From positions 960,001 to 1,024,000 of the forward strand of contig CBDCWG010000012.1 in assembly GCA_965223345.1 (NCBI GenBank): a DNA stretch of 64,000 nt. Reading direction: 5' to 3'. The DNA comes from Nitrospinales bacterium (lineage in GTDB: Bacteria; Nitrospinota; Nitrospinia; Nitrospinales; VA-1). The notes under the pieces were generated by a model, which had not been told where the DNA came from, made no database searches, and saw only the letters and a list, made by a program, of their open reading frames with translations. A program made the translations under genes and the position numbers. Shown piece by piece: positions 23,200 through 31,618 of this stretch (positions are counted from its first letter, which is position 1; every line of letters starts with the position of its first letter).

Positions 23200-25362
23200 A
23201 TGCTCCTCGACTCCCTGAATCCGCAGCAGTTGATGGCGGTGCAGCACACCGAAGGTCCCCTGATCGTCGTCGCCGGCGCCGGTTCGGGAAAAACGCGGGT
23301 GATCACCAGCCGCATCGCTTACCTGATCCACGAGCGCGGCGTCCCGCCCGAAAGCATCCTGGCGATCACGTTCACCAACAAGGCGGCGGGAGAGATGAAA
23401 GAACGGATCCACAGCATGCTGGGGGATGTGGATTCCCGGCCCTGGATCAGCACCTTTCACTCGTTCTGCCTTCGGGTTCTCAGGCAGCACATCGAGGCGC
23501 TGGGCCGGCCGAAGGATTTTGTGATCTACGATGCGCAGGACCAGCTGTCGCTGCTCAAGCAGTGCATGAAAACCGCTTCGGCCAACGAAGAGGCGTTTCC
23601 TCCCAAAACCCTGCTGCACCACATCAGCGGTTTCAAAAACGATTTTCTGATGCCGGCGGACATCGATAAAGATGCGCTGCCGTTCGGCAACAAGATGAAG
23701 GCGGCGGAAGTGTATCCGGTCTATCAGGAGGGGCTGAAAAAAAACAACGCGCTCGATTTCGACGACCTGCTGGTCTGGACCGTGCGCCTGCTTGCGGAGT
23801 CGGAATCGGCGGCGCGCTATTTCAATTCCCGCTTCGAACACATCCTGGTCGATGAGTTTCAGGACACGAATCTCACGCAGTACAAGCTGCTGCGGCTGTT
23901 GACGGCGCAGCACCGCAACGTCTGCGTGGTGGGGGACGACGACCAGAGCATCTATCGCTGGCGTGGGGCCAACCTGGAAAACCTGCTGCATTTCGAAAAG
24001 GACTATCCGGGCACCGTTGTCATCAAGCTGGAGGAAAACTACCGCTCCACCCAGAACATTCTCAAAGCCGCAGGCGCCGTGGTGGAGGAAAACACCAAGC
24101 GCCGGCCGAAAACCCTGTGGACGCAGAACGAGGCGGGCGAGCCGGTGCGTTATTACCGGGCGGAGGATGAGATCGATGAGGCGCGTTCGATCGGCGAAGC
24201 GATCATCAAGTTCAACGAGGAGGAGGGCATCTCCTTCAGCAACATGGCGGTGCTGTACCGCACCAACGCGCAGTCGCGGGTGATGGAGGACATGCTGCGC
24301 TCGCGCGGCATTCAGCACCAGGTGATCGGCGGCCTGAAATTTTACGCGCGCAAGGAGATCAAGGACATCCTCAGCTTCATGCGGGTGGTGCTCAACCCGG
24401 ACGATTCGATTTCTTTGAAACGCATCATCAACGTTCCCGCGCGCGGCATTGGCAAGACCTCGCTCGACAAGATCGACGCGCATTGCGCGGCCAACAACCT
24501 CTCCTTCATGCAGGGCTTGAAGGAAGCGGAAGCGGTCACGTCCACGGCGGTGGGGAAGAAAATCGCTAAATTCGTCGGCATGATCGAGGATCTGGAGTCG
24601 GTGTTCCGCACCGGTTCACCGCTGGATTTTTTGCGCGAGGTGATGGAGCGCACCGGTTATCTGGACATGCTGCGCAAGGAGGGCTCGCCCGAGAGCCAGA
24701 GCCGCATGGAGAACCTGCAGGAATTGTATTCCGCCCTCGAACAGGAGGTGGAGAAAAACAACGTCACCCTGCAGGAGTTTCTCGATACCACCGCCCTGGT
24801 CTCGGATCTGGACACGCTGGAGGATTCGCGCGGCGTCCTGCCGTTGATGACGCTGCACACCTGCAAGGGGCTCGAATTCGACGTGGCGTTCATCATCGGC
24901 ATGGAGGACGGCCTGCTGCCGCACAACAGTTCGATGTCGGACCCCGACGAGTTTGAGGAAGAACGGCGGCTGTGCTATGTTGGATTCACACGGGCCCGAA
25001 AACGGTTGATCCTGAGCAACGCGCGGCGGCGCAAGATTTACGGCAGTCACTTCAGCTATCCGCCGTCGCAGTTTCTGGCTTCGATTCCCAGCGAGGTGCT
25101 GGTGACGGAGCGCAGCCGCGAGACTCCGGTGTATCGGGACAAGAGCCCCTCTTACGCGGTGAGCGAGCCTGCGGGATACGCGGCGGCTTCCACGCCGAAG
25201 GAATATTCCATCGGCAGCAAGGTGCTGCATCCCACGTTCGGCAAAGGGGTGGTCATCAACCGCATGGGCAATGAAAAGGATCTCAAGGTGGAAATATTTT
25301 TCAAGCCGCCGCATGGCAAGAAAAAGCTGGCTGTCAACCATGCGAAGCTGATTCCGCTTTGA
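23200..25362 (+). CDS. pcrA: ATP-dependent DNA helicase PcrA/UvrD
   Basis: 'AGAGSGKT', 'VDEFQDTN', 'LEENYRST', 'EEERRLCYV', C-terminal Tudor 'HPTFGKG'. Confidence 0.96.
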   Translation: MLLDSLNPQQLMAVQHTEGPLIVVAGAGSGKTRVITSRIAYLIHERGVPPESILAITFTNKAAGEMKERIHSMLGDVDSRPWISTFHSFCLRVLRQHIEALGRPKDFVIYDAQDQLSLLKQCMKTASANEEAFPPKTLLHHISGFKNDFLMPADIDKDALPFGNKMKAAEVYPVYQEGLKKNNALDFDDLLVWTVRLLAESESAARYFNSRFEHILVDEFQDTNLTQYKLLRLLTAQHRNVCVVGDDDQSIYRWRGANLENLLHFEKDYPGTVVIKLEENYRSTQNILKAAGAVVEENTKRRPKTLWTQNEAGEPVRYYRAEDEIDEARSIGEAIIKFNEEEGISFSNMAVLYRTNAQSRVMEDMLRSRGIQHQVIGGLKFYARKEIKDILSFMRVVLNPDDSISLKRIINVPARGIGKTSLDKIDAHCAANNLSFMQGLKEAEAVTSTAVGKKIAKFVGMIEDLESVFRTGSPLDFLREVMERTGYLDMLRKEGSPESQSRMENLQELYSALEQEVEKNNVTLQEFLDTTALVSDLDTLEDSRGVLPLMTLHTCKGLEFDVAFIIGMEDGLLPHNSSMSDPDEFEEERRLCYVGFTRARKRLILSNARRRKIYGSHFSYPPSQFLASIPSEVLVTERSRETPVYRDKSPSYAVSEPAGYAAASTPKEYSIGSKVLHPTFGKGVVINRMGNEKDLKVEIFFKPPHGKKKLAVNHAKLIPL

Positions 25363-25398
25363 GATGCGAGCGGTGTGCAATCTCTGGAGGGCGACACG

Positions 25399-25704
25399 AT
25401 GCCATACACTCACATGAGAGTTTTGCTGTTGTTCGTGGTTTTTTTCATCGGCTCGGCGGTGGCCGCCGGGGCGGGTGAGGGCGTTGCGTTTTCGGGCAAG
25501 GTCAAGAAGGTGCTGCCGGCGAAAAACAAGGTGGCGATCAAGGACCCGGAAACCAAGAAACGGTTCACGCTGATCGTGGACGACAAGACCAAGATGACCG
25601 GCTGGAAGGGCATTCAGGACATCAAAAAAGGCGATGCGATTCAGGGCACCTACGTGGTCACGGAAAAAGGGCTGTACGTGGCGCTGGAGCTGAAGGGGAA
25701 GTAG
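25399..25704 (+). CDS. Small secreted beta-strand hypothetical protein
   Basis: GGAGG RBS before ATG 25399; signal peptide; OB-fold-like beta pattern. Confidence 0.7.
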   Translation: MPYTHMRVLLLFVVFFIGSAVAAGAGEGVAFSGKVKKVLPAKNKVAIKDPETKKRFTLIVDDKTKMTGWKGIQDIKKGDAIQGTYVVTEKGLYVALELKGK

Positions 25705-25775
25705 GTCCTCGCCGGCACGTCGTGAGCTGAAGGTTCCTCAGCGTGTCGAGGAATCAGGGGAATCGCTGCGACTGT

Positions 25776-27083
25776 TTACAGTGTCGATTCGGCCGGATGC
25801 GGTCTGGTTTTGAGAAGTTTTTCCAGTTTTTCCCTGCCGCCGGGGGGCAGCCTGAGGCTCAACAGCAGGGTGTCTTCGCGGTAATCCTCTTTCACCACGA
25901 CAAACTGTTTGCGGATTTCCGGCAGCAGCTCGGCCTGCGAATACCCGAGCTCAAGAATGTAGGAGGTCAGTCGGCTTTCGTAATGCTGGACGATCTCCTT
26001 GCGCAGGCGGTCCAACCCCTCTCCGGTTTTGCAGGAGATCAACACGGCCTGCGGCCAGCGGTCCAGCACGTCGGCCAGGATCTCGGGATCGGTCACCCGG
26101 TCGATCTTGTTGAACACCAGGATCGAGTCGATTTCCCACGCGTCCATTTCGTGCAGGACGTTGTCCACGGTTTCGAGCTGCTTGCGATGATTGGGGTGGC
26201 TCAGATCGACGACTTTGAGCAACAGGTCCGCCTCGCGGACTTCGTCGAGCGTGCTTTTGAAGGAAGCCACCAGATCGTGCGGCAGCTTGTCGATCAGCCC
26301 GACCGTGTCCGCCAGCAGCACCGGGTAGGGGAAGTTTTTTTTGATCTTGCGTATGGTCGGGTCGAGCGTGGCGAACAGTTTGTTTTCCACCAGCGTGTCG
26401 GCGCCGGTGAGCGCGTTCATCAGCGTGGATTTGCCGACGTTGGTGTATCCCACCAGCGACACGCGGAACATCCCCTGGCGGGTTTTCCGCTGCGTCTTTT
26501 TTTCCCGGTCGATCTGTTTGAGCTTGCGTTCCAGCTTGGTGATCTGATCGCGGATCAGCCGCCGGTCGAGCTGGATCTGCGTTTCACCGACGTCCTTCAG
26601 ACCGATGCCGCCGCGCTGCCGCGAAAGATGGCCCCACATGCGCGTCAACCGGGGCAGGGCGTACTTCAGCCGCGCCAGTTCGACCTGGGTCTTGGCTTCG
26701 CGCGTGCGGGCGTGCTCCTGGAAGATTTCCAGAATCAGCCAGGAGCGGTCGATCACCCGGCATTTCAGAATCGATTCGAGGTTGCGGTTCTGACCGGGGG
26801 AGAGTTCGGTGTCGAAGATCACCACCTGCGGTTCGTGGTGCCGCACCGCCTGCTGCAACTCTTCCACCTTGCCCGAGCCCAGCAGGGTTTTGGGATTGAT
26901 GGTGGAAAGTTTCTGCCGGAGTTCCGCCACCGGCTCGTAGTGTGCGGTCACGGCCAGTCCCTGCAATTCTTCCAGCGAAAGCTGCATGGGGACGGAGCCG
27001 TTGCGGGGCAGTTCGATGCCCACCAGGATCGCTTTGCTGGATGCGGGGGTCTCGTCTTGAATGTGGTAAAAACGTGGCTTCAT
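25776..27083 (-). CDS. hflX: GTPase HflX
   Basis: 'GYTNVGKST', 'LFATLD', 'DTVG', 'NKID', 'GETQIQLDRR'. Confidence 0.97.
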   Translation of the reverse strand: MKPRFYHIQDETPASSKAILVGIELPRNGSVPMQLSLEELQGLAVTAHYEPVAELRQKLSTINPKTLLGSGKVEELQQAVRHHEPQVVIFDTELSPGQNRNLESILKCRVIDRSWLILEIFQEHARTREAKTQVELARLKYALPRLTRMWGHLSRQRGGIGLKDVGETQIQLDRRLIRDQITKLERKLKQIDREKKTQRKTRQGMFRVSLVGYTNVGKSTLMNALTGADTLVENKLFATLDPTIRKIKKNFPYPVLLADTVGLIDKLPHDLVASFKSTLDEVREADLLLKVVDLSHPNHRKQLETVDNVLHEMDAWEIDSILVFNKIDRVTDPEILADVLDRWPQAVLISCKTGEGLDRLRKEIVQHYESRLTSYILELGYSQAELLPEIRKQFVVVKEDYREDTLLLSLRLPPGGREKLEKLLKTRPHPAESTL

Positions 27084-27202
27084 AATAGATCTTCATTATA
27101 GCGCATTTCAGCGGCCTCTGCCGGAAGGGCTCCGGAAGGTCGCCGAACCCTCATTCTGGGCCCGCAGGGGGCGGTTGGACGCGGGTCTGCGGCCCGGCGG
27201 GA

Positions 27203-27820
27203 TCAAGGCGGCACCGCGGGCAGGCTGAAATCCTGGTCGCCGATGAGTTTTCCCTGGGCGTCGTAGCGTTTGCGGTTGAGCAGGATGCCCTTGCGGTAAC
27301 GGTAGACGTATTCCAGGGCGCCGGACTGAGAAAAGGTTCTGGTTTCCCCTTCCTGCCGGTCGTCCGCAAAGTTCATTTCCGTTTTCAGGGTCCCGTCCCG
27401 GTAGTATTTGCGCACCGTGCCGTCGAGTTTGTCGTTTTTGTAGAACCCCTCGTCCTTGCGGTTGCCGTTGCCGTAATAGCCGACTCCCACCCCCTCGCGT
27501 TTTCCGTTTTTGTAAGTCCATTCGGTCATCAGCTGTCCCGAGGGGTAATACATGCGGCTCACCCCGTGCAGCACGCCGTGATGGTAATTTTTTTCCCAGA
27601 CGAGGTTCCCCTTAGCGTCGTATTTCCGCACCCGTTTGTGCGGCAGCCCATCGGCGTCGATGTGGCCTTCAAGGCTCACCTTGCCGTTGGGATGGTGCTT
27701 GAGCAGCGGCGCCGCATGCAGCGATTGCGGATTCGCCAGGCAGAGCAGCAAAAGCCCGGTGAGCAGGCACGGCGTTTTTATTCTTGTCGCTGTTGTGCGG
27801 TGCAGAAGAGGGCGGTCATC
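27203..27820 (-). CDS. MORN-variant repeat protein (YwqK-like), probably secreted; start codon unclear
   Basis: Repeated 'YYxxG...YKNGK.EG' units preceded by a hydrophobic segment. Confidence 0.75.
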   Translation of the reverse strand, partial: DDRPLLHRTTATRIKTPCLLTGLLLLCLANPQSLHAAPLLKHHPNGKVSLEGHIDADGLPHKRVRKYDAKGNLVWEKNYHHGVLHGVSRMYYPSGQLMTEWTYKNGKREGVGVGYYGNGNRKDEGFYKNDKLDGTVRKYYRDGTLKTEMNFADDRQEGETRTFSQSGALEYVYRYRKGILLNRKRYDAQGKLIGDQDFSLPAVPP

Positions 27821-28904
27821 CCTGTGGCGTGGTTTGCGCTTTGAAGGTGAGCGATTCGATGCGGCTTTGCGCCTCGCCGGCTTTTTTGCGGGAGCGGTTC
27901 TTTTGAAAAATGTGATGGGCATTGCGTGCGCGCTCCAGGGCAAGCGAAGGGTTGCCCATTTCCTGATGGATTTCACTGATGAGCAGATTGGTGCTGCCAT
28001 CGTTGGGGTTCATGACCAGCGCCGACTTCAACGCCCACAGTGCCATCTCGTAACTCCCGACCCGCGTGCTGGAGAGGTCGGCGTGGCGGATCAGGGCGAG
28101 CCGGTCCTGCCGGTTCAGGTTGTTGAGGAACCGCTGCGATTCGAGATGCGTGTTCCCCAGATCCAGTAGGTGACGACGTGCGTTGCCGGGATCTCTCTGG
28201 ATTTTTACCGTCAGCGAGTTCAGCCGGTCGCTGAGTTTTTTCAGCGTTGCCTGATGCGATTTCAACGGCTCCTGCAGCATCTGCCCGGCAAGCGGTGTGG
28301 CTGCCGGCGTCTGCGGTTCGAACGTGGGCGAACGCTTGTTTTCCCGTTCCTCGATGCTGGCTTGCCGGATATTTTCTGCACGCCCATCGGATGCGAGCAA
28401 TCGTGAGACCGGGGGGTCGGTGTCCCGCGGGTAATCGTACGATGCGATCCGAACCGAGCTGATCCTTTCAAATTTGCGCTTGCTCCTTCTTCCCTTCGTG
28501 TTGATCAGCGCGGGCGGATCGTTTTTTGCGTTGCGGATCGTGTCTTTGTGTTCCCGTTTCAGCGCCTTGAATTCCTCGCGAATCTGCTTCACCACTTGCG
28601 AGATGTCGATGCGGGAGCGCTCGATGTCTTTGCGGTATATCCTGAGAAACTTCTGCAGGGCCTGATTTTCGTTTTTCCATTCCGCTTTGCGGCGCTGGAG
28701 TTCTGCGGAAAGTTTGCGGTTCAGCTTTTCCGCTTCGGCCTGGTATTGATTCAGTTCGAGCTCGACCACTTCCCGCAGTTTTTTGGGTTGCAACTCCACC
28801 TCATCGAAACCCGACACCACGACTTGGGCCCCGGCGGTCCCGGCGCAAAGAGGCAGCCACAATCCGAGCGCCAGAACGATTCTTTTAACAGATTTGCGAT
28901 TCAA
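27816..28904 (-). CDS. Secreted coiled-coil protein with C-terminal TPR-like helices
   Basis: TTG start then signal peptide 'KRIVLALGLWLPLCAGTAGA'; heptad-rich middle. Confidence 0.65.
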   Translation of the reverse strand: MNRKSVKRIVLALGLWLPLCAGTAGAQVVVSGFDEVELQPKKLREVVELELNQYQAEAEKLNRKLSAELQRRKAEWKNENQALQKFLRIYRKDIERSRIDISQVVKQIREEFKALKREHKDTIRNAKNDPPALINTKGRRSKRKFERISSVRIASYDYPRDTDPPVSRLLASDGRAENIRQASIEERENKRSPTFEPQTPAATPLAGQMLQEPLKSHQATLKKLSDRLNSLTVKIQRDPGNARRHLLDLGNTHLESQRFLNNLNRQDRLALIRHADLSSTRVGSYEMALWALKSALVMNPNDGSTNLLISEIHQEMGNPSLALERARNAHHIFQKNRSRKKAGEAQSRIESLTFKAQTTPQG

Positions 28905-29124
28905 AGCCAAACTCGCACAGATGAGGTTCGTCCCACCACAACACGCGTGGAAAATCCGCAAAAATAATATCAATTTTATCAAATATTTATCAAATTTGAT
29001 ATCGTTTGCAGCGGTTGCTGTGCGGAATCGTCGCTGCTGAAGGACGGGTTCGGATCAAACTGCGATCTGTGCGGGGTGCGTTGCCCGTGCTTCACGAGCT
29101 GTTTGGTGGTGGTTGTGAGGGCGG

Positions 29125-29340
29125 TCAAAGATACGGAAGGATCAGATGGTAGACGGCTCCCACGGCGATGGTGAGATAGCAGAAGATGCCGAACCAGTTC
29201 CACAACCTTTCCTTCAGGGGAGGTTGTGGAGGTGAGGATGGGGTTGTGTCTGCCGCGCCGGCTTCGTTCATCGGGCTTATTCCTGGGTGTTCGGGTTGTG
29301 GGAGTGGTTCATATTGTATCGGTCTTTGCGCAAAAGGCAA
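29125..29340 (-). CDS. Small hypothetical membrane protein
   Basis: Pro-rich N-terminus and one C-terminal TM helix; start uncertain. Confidence 0.45.
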   Translation of the reverse strand: MPFAQRPIQYEPLPQPEHPGISPMNEAGAADTTPSSPPQPPLKERLWNWFGIFCYLTIAVGAVYHLILPYL

Positions 29341-29477
29341 ACCAAAGCGGCGTCGATTCGGTCTGCCGATGGGATGAATCGCTTGGGCCGGGTTTTCGTT
29401 TCTGGTAGGCTTTAAGGAAATTGCGCTCGCGGTGTGCGCGGCGGTCTGTCCAATGCAAGCGGAGTGTTGAAAAGCGC

Positions 29478-29861
29478 ATGGGGATCCGGGATTGGTTCGA
29501 GAGCAAAGCCGTCCGGCAGTACAAGGCCCGTCTGGAAAAAAATCCCGACGACGCGGAGGCGCATTTTTATCTGGGCGCCGCTTATGAAGAGAAGGGAAAA
29601 ACCCGCAAGGCGATCTGCGAGTTCGAAGAAGCGCTGCGGATCCATCCCAAATCCGCGGAAGCGCATTTCAACCTGGGGGTTCTGCACGAAAGCCTGAACG
29701 AGGGCAAGCAGGCTGTGTACCATATCCTCAAGGCGGGCAATTTGTTTGGGGAAAAAGGGGACCTGAAAAAAAAGGAGAAAGCCCGCAAACGGCTGCGCGA
29801 CTACTACCAGAAATTCGGCTTTTCGCCTGAGGATGCGGAAAATCTGGAATCCTCTTCTTAA
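29478..29861 (+). CDS. TPR-repeat protein
   Basis: 'NPDDAEAHFYLG', 'HPKSAEAHFNLG'. Confidence 0.85.
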   Translation: MGIRDWFESKAVRQYKARLEKNPDDAEAHFYLGAAYEEKGKTRKAICEFEEALRIHPKSAEAHFNLGVLHESLNEGKQAVYHILKAGNLFGEKGDLKKKEKARKRLRDYYQKFGFSPEDAENLESSS

Positions 29862-30322
29862 GGCCCCAGCTGCCGGATTGCTTCGTACACCACCACACTC
29901 ACCGCATTGGCCAGGTTGAGAGACCGGACCCGGTCGTCGTACTGCGGGATGCGGACCACCCGGTTCTGCGGATTTTCCCTCACCTCCTCGCGCAACCCTT
30001 CCGTCTCGTTTCCGAAAAACAGATACGATCCGGCCTCGAACGCGTGATCGTAAAACACCGTCTGCGCCTTGGTGGAGAAAAACACTTTGGGACTTCCCTC
30101 TGGGATTGTTTCCATGAATGCGGAAAGCGTTGCGTGCCGTTTCACCGTCACGTATTTCCAGTAATCCAGGCCGGCGCGTTTGAGCTTGGAGTCGTTGATT
30201 TCAAAGCCCAAAGGCTCGATCAAATGCAGGGTGGACCCGGTGGCGAGGCAAAGTCTTCCGATGGACCCGGTGTTCACCGGAATTTTCGGTTCCACCAGGA
30301 CCACTTGCAGGTTGTGGGGCAT
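29858..30322 (-). CDS. trmL: tRNA (cytidine/uridine(34)-2'-O)-methyltransferase
   Basis: 'P.IP.NTG', 'RAGLDYW', 'FGNETEGL', 'RSLNLAN'. Confidence 0.95.
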   Translation of the reverse strand: MPHNLQVVLVEPKIPVNTGSIGRLCLATGSTLHLIEPLGFEINDSKLKRAGLDYWKYVTVKRHATLSAFMETIPEGSPKVFFSTKAQTVFYDHAFEAGSYLFFGNETEGLREEVRENPQNRVVRIPQYDDRVRSLNLANAVSVVVYEAIRQLGP

Positions 30323-30542
30323 CGATCCGCTCTTGTTAATATGTCATATTAAGTTTGCACAAAATCCACACGGAACCTAAATTCCGGAGTGTGTCTTCCG
30401 GCTCGCCCGGAGGAGCCGAAAACCATCCCGGATTCAGGGATGGAGCCTTTGCGTTTTTTAGGCCCGTAGTGTACCGCAGTCAACGGATGTTTGGAAAAAT
30501 TGGCGAATTTCCCCCGTGATTTTTATCGGAAGGAGGATGTCC

Positions 30543-30986
30543 ATGAGCACCAAGCATGTCCCGCATCATTTCTCCAAAAAAAATGAAGAAAACCTGGAAG
30601 TCATCGGCGATTACATGAAGTCGCCGCCGATCCATGTCGAAGCAGACACTTCTGTGCAGGAAGCGGCAAAACTGATGCATTCCAAGTCAATCGGGTCTCT
30701 TCTTGTCAAGGAAGGAGAGGAGTTTGTCGGCATCGTGACGGAGACGGATTTCTCCAGAAAGGTGGTCGCAGCCGGTGCCGATGCGGAAAGCACCGCGGTT
30801 TCCAAGGTGATGACGCATCCCATTCTCTCGCTGGATGTGACAGAAAGAGTGGCAGAAGCGAATATCTTCATGGCAAGTCACAAGGTGCGCCATCTGGGTG
30901 TGACGCGGGATGGAAAAATCGTCGGCATCCTTTCCGTGAAGGATCTGGTTTCCTTTTTTGCCAACCCGAGAATGCGGACCTGGTGA
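30543..30986 (+). CDS. CBS-domain protein
   Basis: CBS pair 'IGSLLV', 'GIVTETD', 'GILSVKD'; RBS AGGAGG. Confidence 0.9.
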   Translation: MSTKHVPHHFSKKNEENLEVIGDYMKSPPIHVEADTSVQEAAKLMHSKSIGSLLVKEGEEFVGIVTETDFSRKVVAAGADAESTAVSKVMTHPILSLDVTERVAEANIFMASHKVRHLGVTRDGKIVGILSVKDLVSFFANPRMRTW

Positions 30987-31068
30987 ACGGCAAATCGGCT
31001 GATGGATTCATTGCAAACGCGATGATTCGAATAGTTTAATTTCGCAACCTGATTAGGAGCGTCGAATT

Positions 31069-31533
31069 ATGAAAAAAGACCAAAATGAAATCGTTCCGGG
31101 CGAGCCGGATCTGCTTCCGGGCGAGTCGGATCCGCTGCTTGAAGAAATCGGGGACTACATGAGTTCTCCGGTGTTGACCATCGATTCCCAGGCCTCGGTG
31201 CAGGAGGCGGCGCAGTACATGCACGCCAGCAATGTCGGTTGCCTTCTGGTCCAGGAGTTCGACAATTACATCGGGATCGTGACGGAAACGGACCTGACGC
31301 GCAAGGTGGTCAGCAAGGGGCTCAATTCCGAAACCATGCAGGTGGCCTCCATCATGACGAAGCCGCTGAAAAAGCTGGACCGGTATCTGCCGGTGGAAGA
31401 GGCCAACGAATACATGCACAAAAACAAGATCCGCCATGTGGCGGTCACAGAAGAGGATAAGGTCGTGGGCGTGCTTTCGGTCAAGGACCTCGTCGCCTAT
31501 TACGCCAAGTCTTCCTTTCGCATGAATGAATGA
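31069..31533 (+). CDS. CBS-domain protein, paralogue of upstream gene
   Basis: 'IGDYM', 'SVQEAA', 'GIVTETD', 'GVLSVKD'. Confidence 0.9.
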   Translation: MKKDQNEIVPGEPDLLPGESDPLLEEIGDYMSSPVLTIDSQASVQEAAQYMHASNVGCLLVQEFDNYIGIVTETDLTRKVVSKGLNSETMQVASIMTKPLKKLDRYLPVEEANEYMHKNKIRHVAVTEEDKVVGVLSVKDLVAYYAKSSFRMNE

Positions 31534-31568
31534 TCGATTCTCCTGAAAGTTGGATCGGGAGCGTTCGC

Positions 31569-31604
31569 AAACGGGCCGGGGAGTTTTCTCCGGTCCGTTT
31601 TTTT
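31569..31604 (+). terminator. Rho-independent terminator between convergent genes
   Basis: AACGGGCCGGGGAG-TTTT-CTCCGGTCCGTT hairpin plus T-run. Confidence 0.7.
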
Positions 31605-31618
31605 ATGCGAACGTGCGA

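Noticed and set aside
27203..27820. Toxin-antitoxin system (YwqK antitoxin label)
   Set aside because: Only generic MORN-variant repeats; no toxin gene adjacent
29330..29375. c-di-GMP-I riboswitch (GGCAAACC seed)
   Set aside because: Lacks the GAAA tetraloop stem and downstream GACGCAAA element
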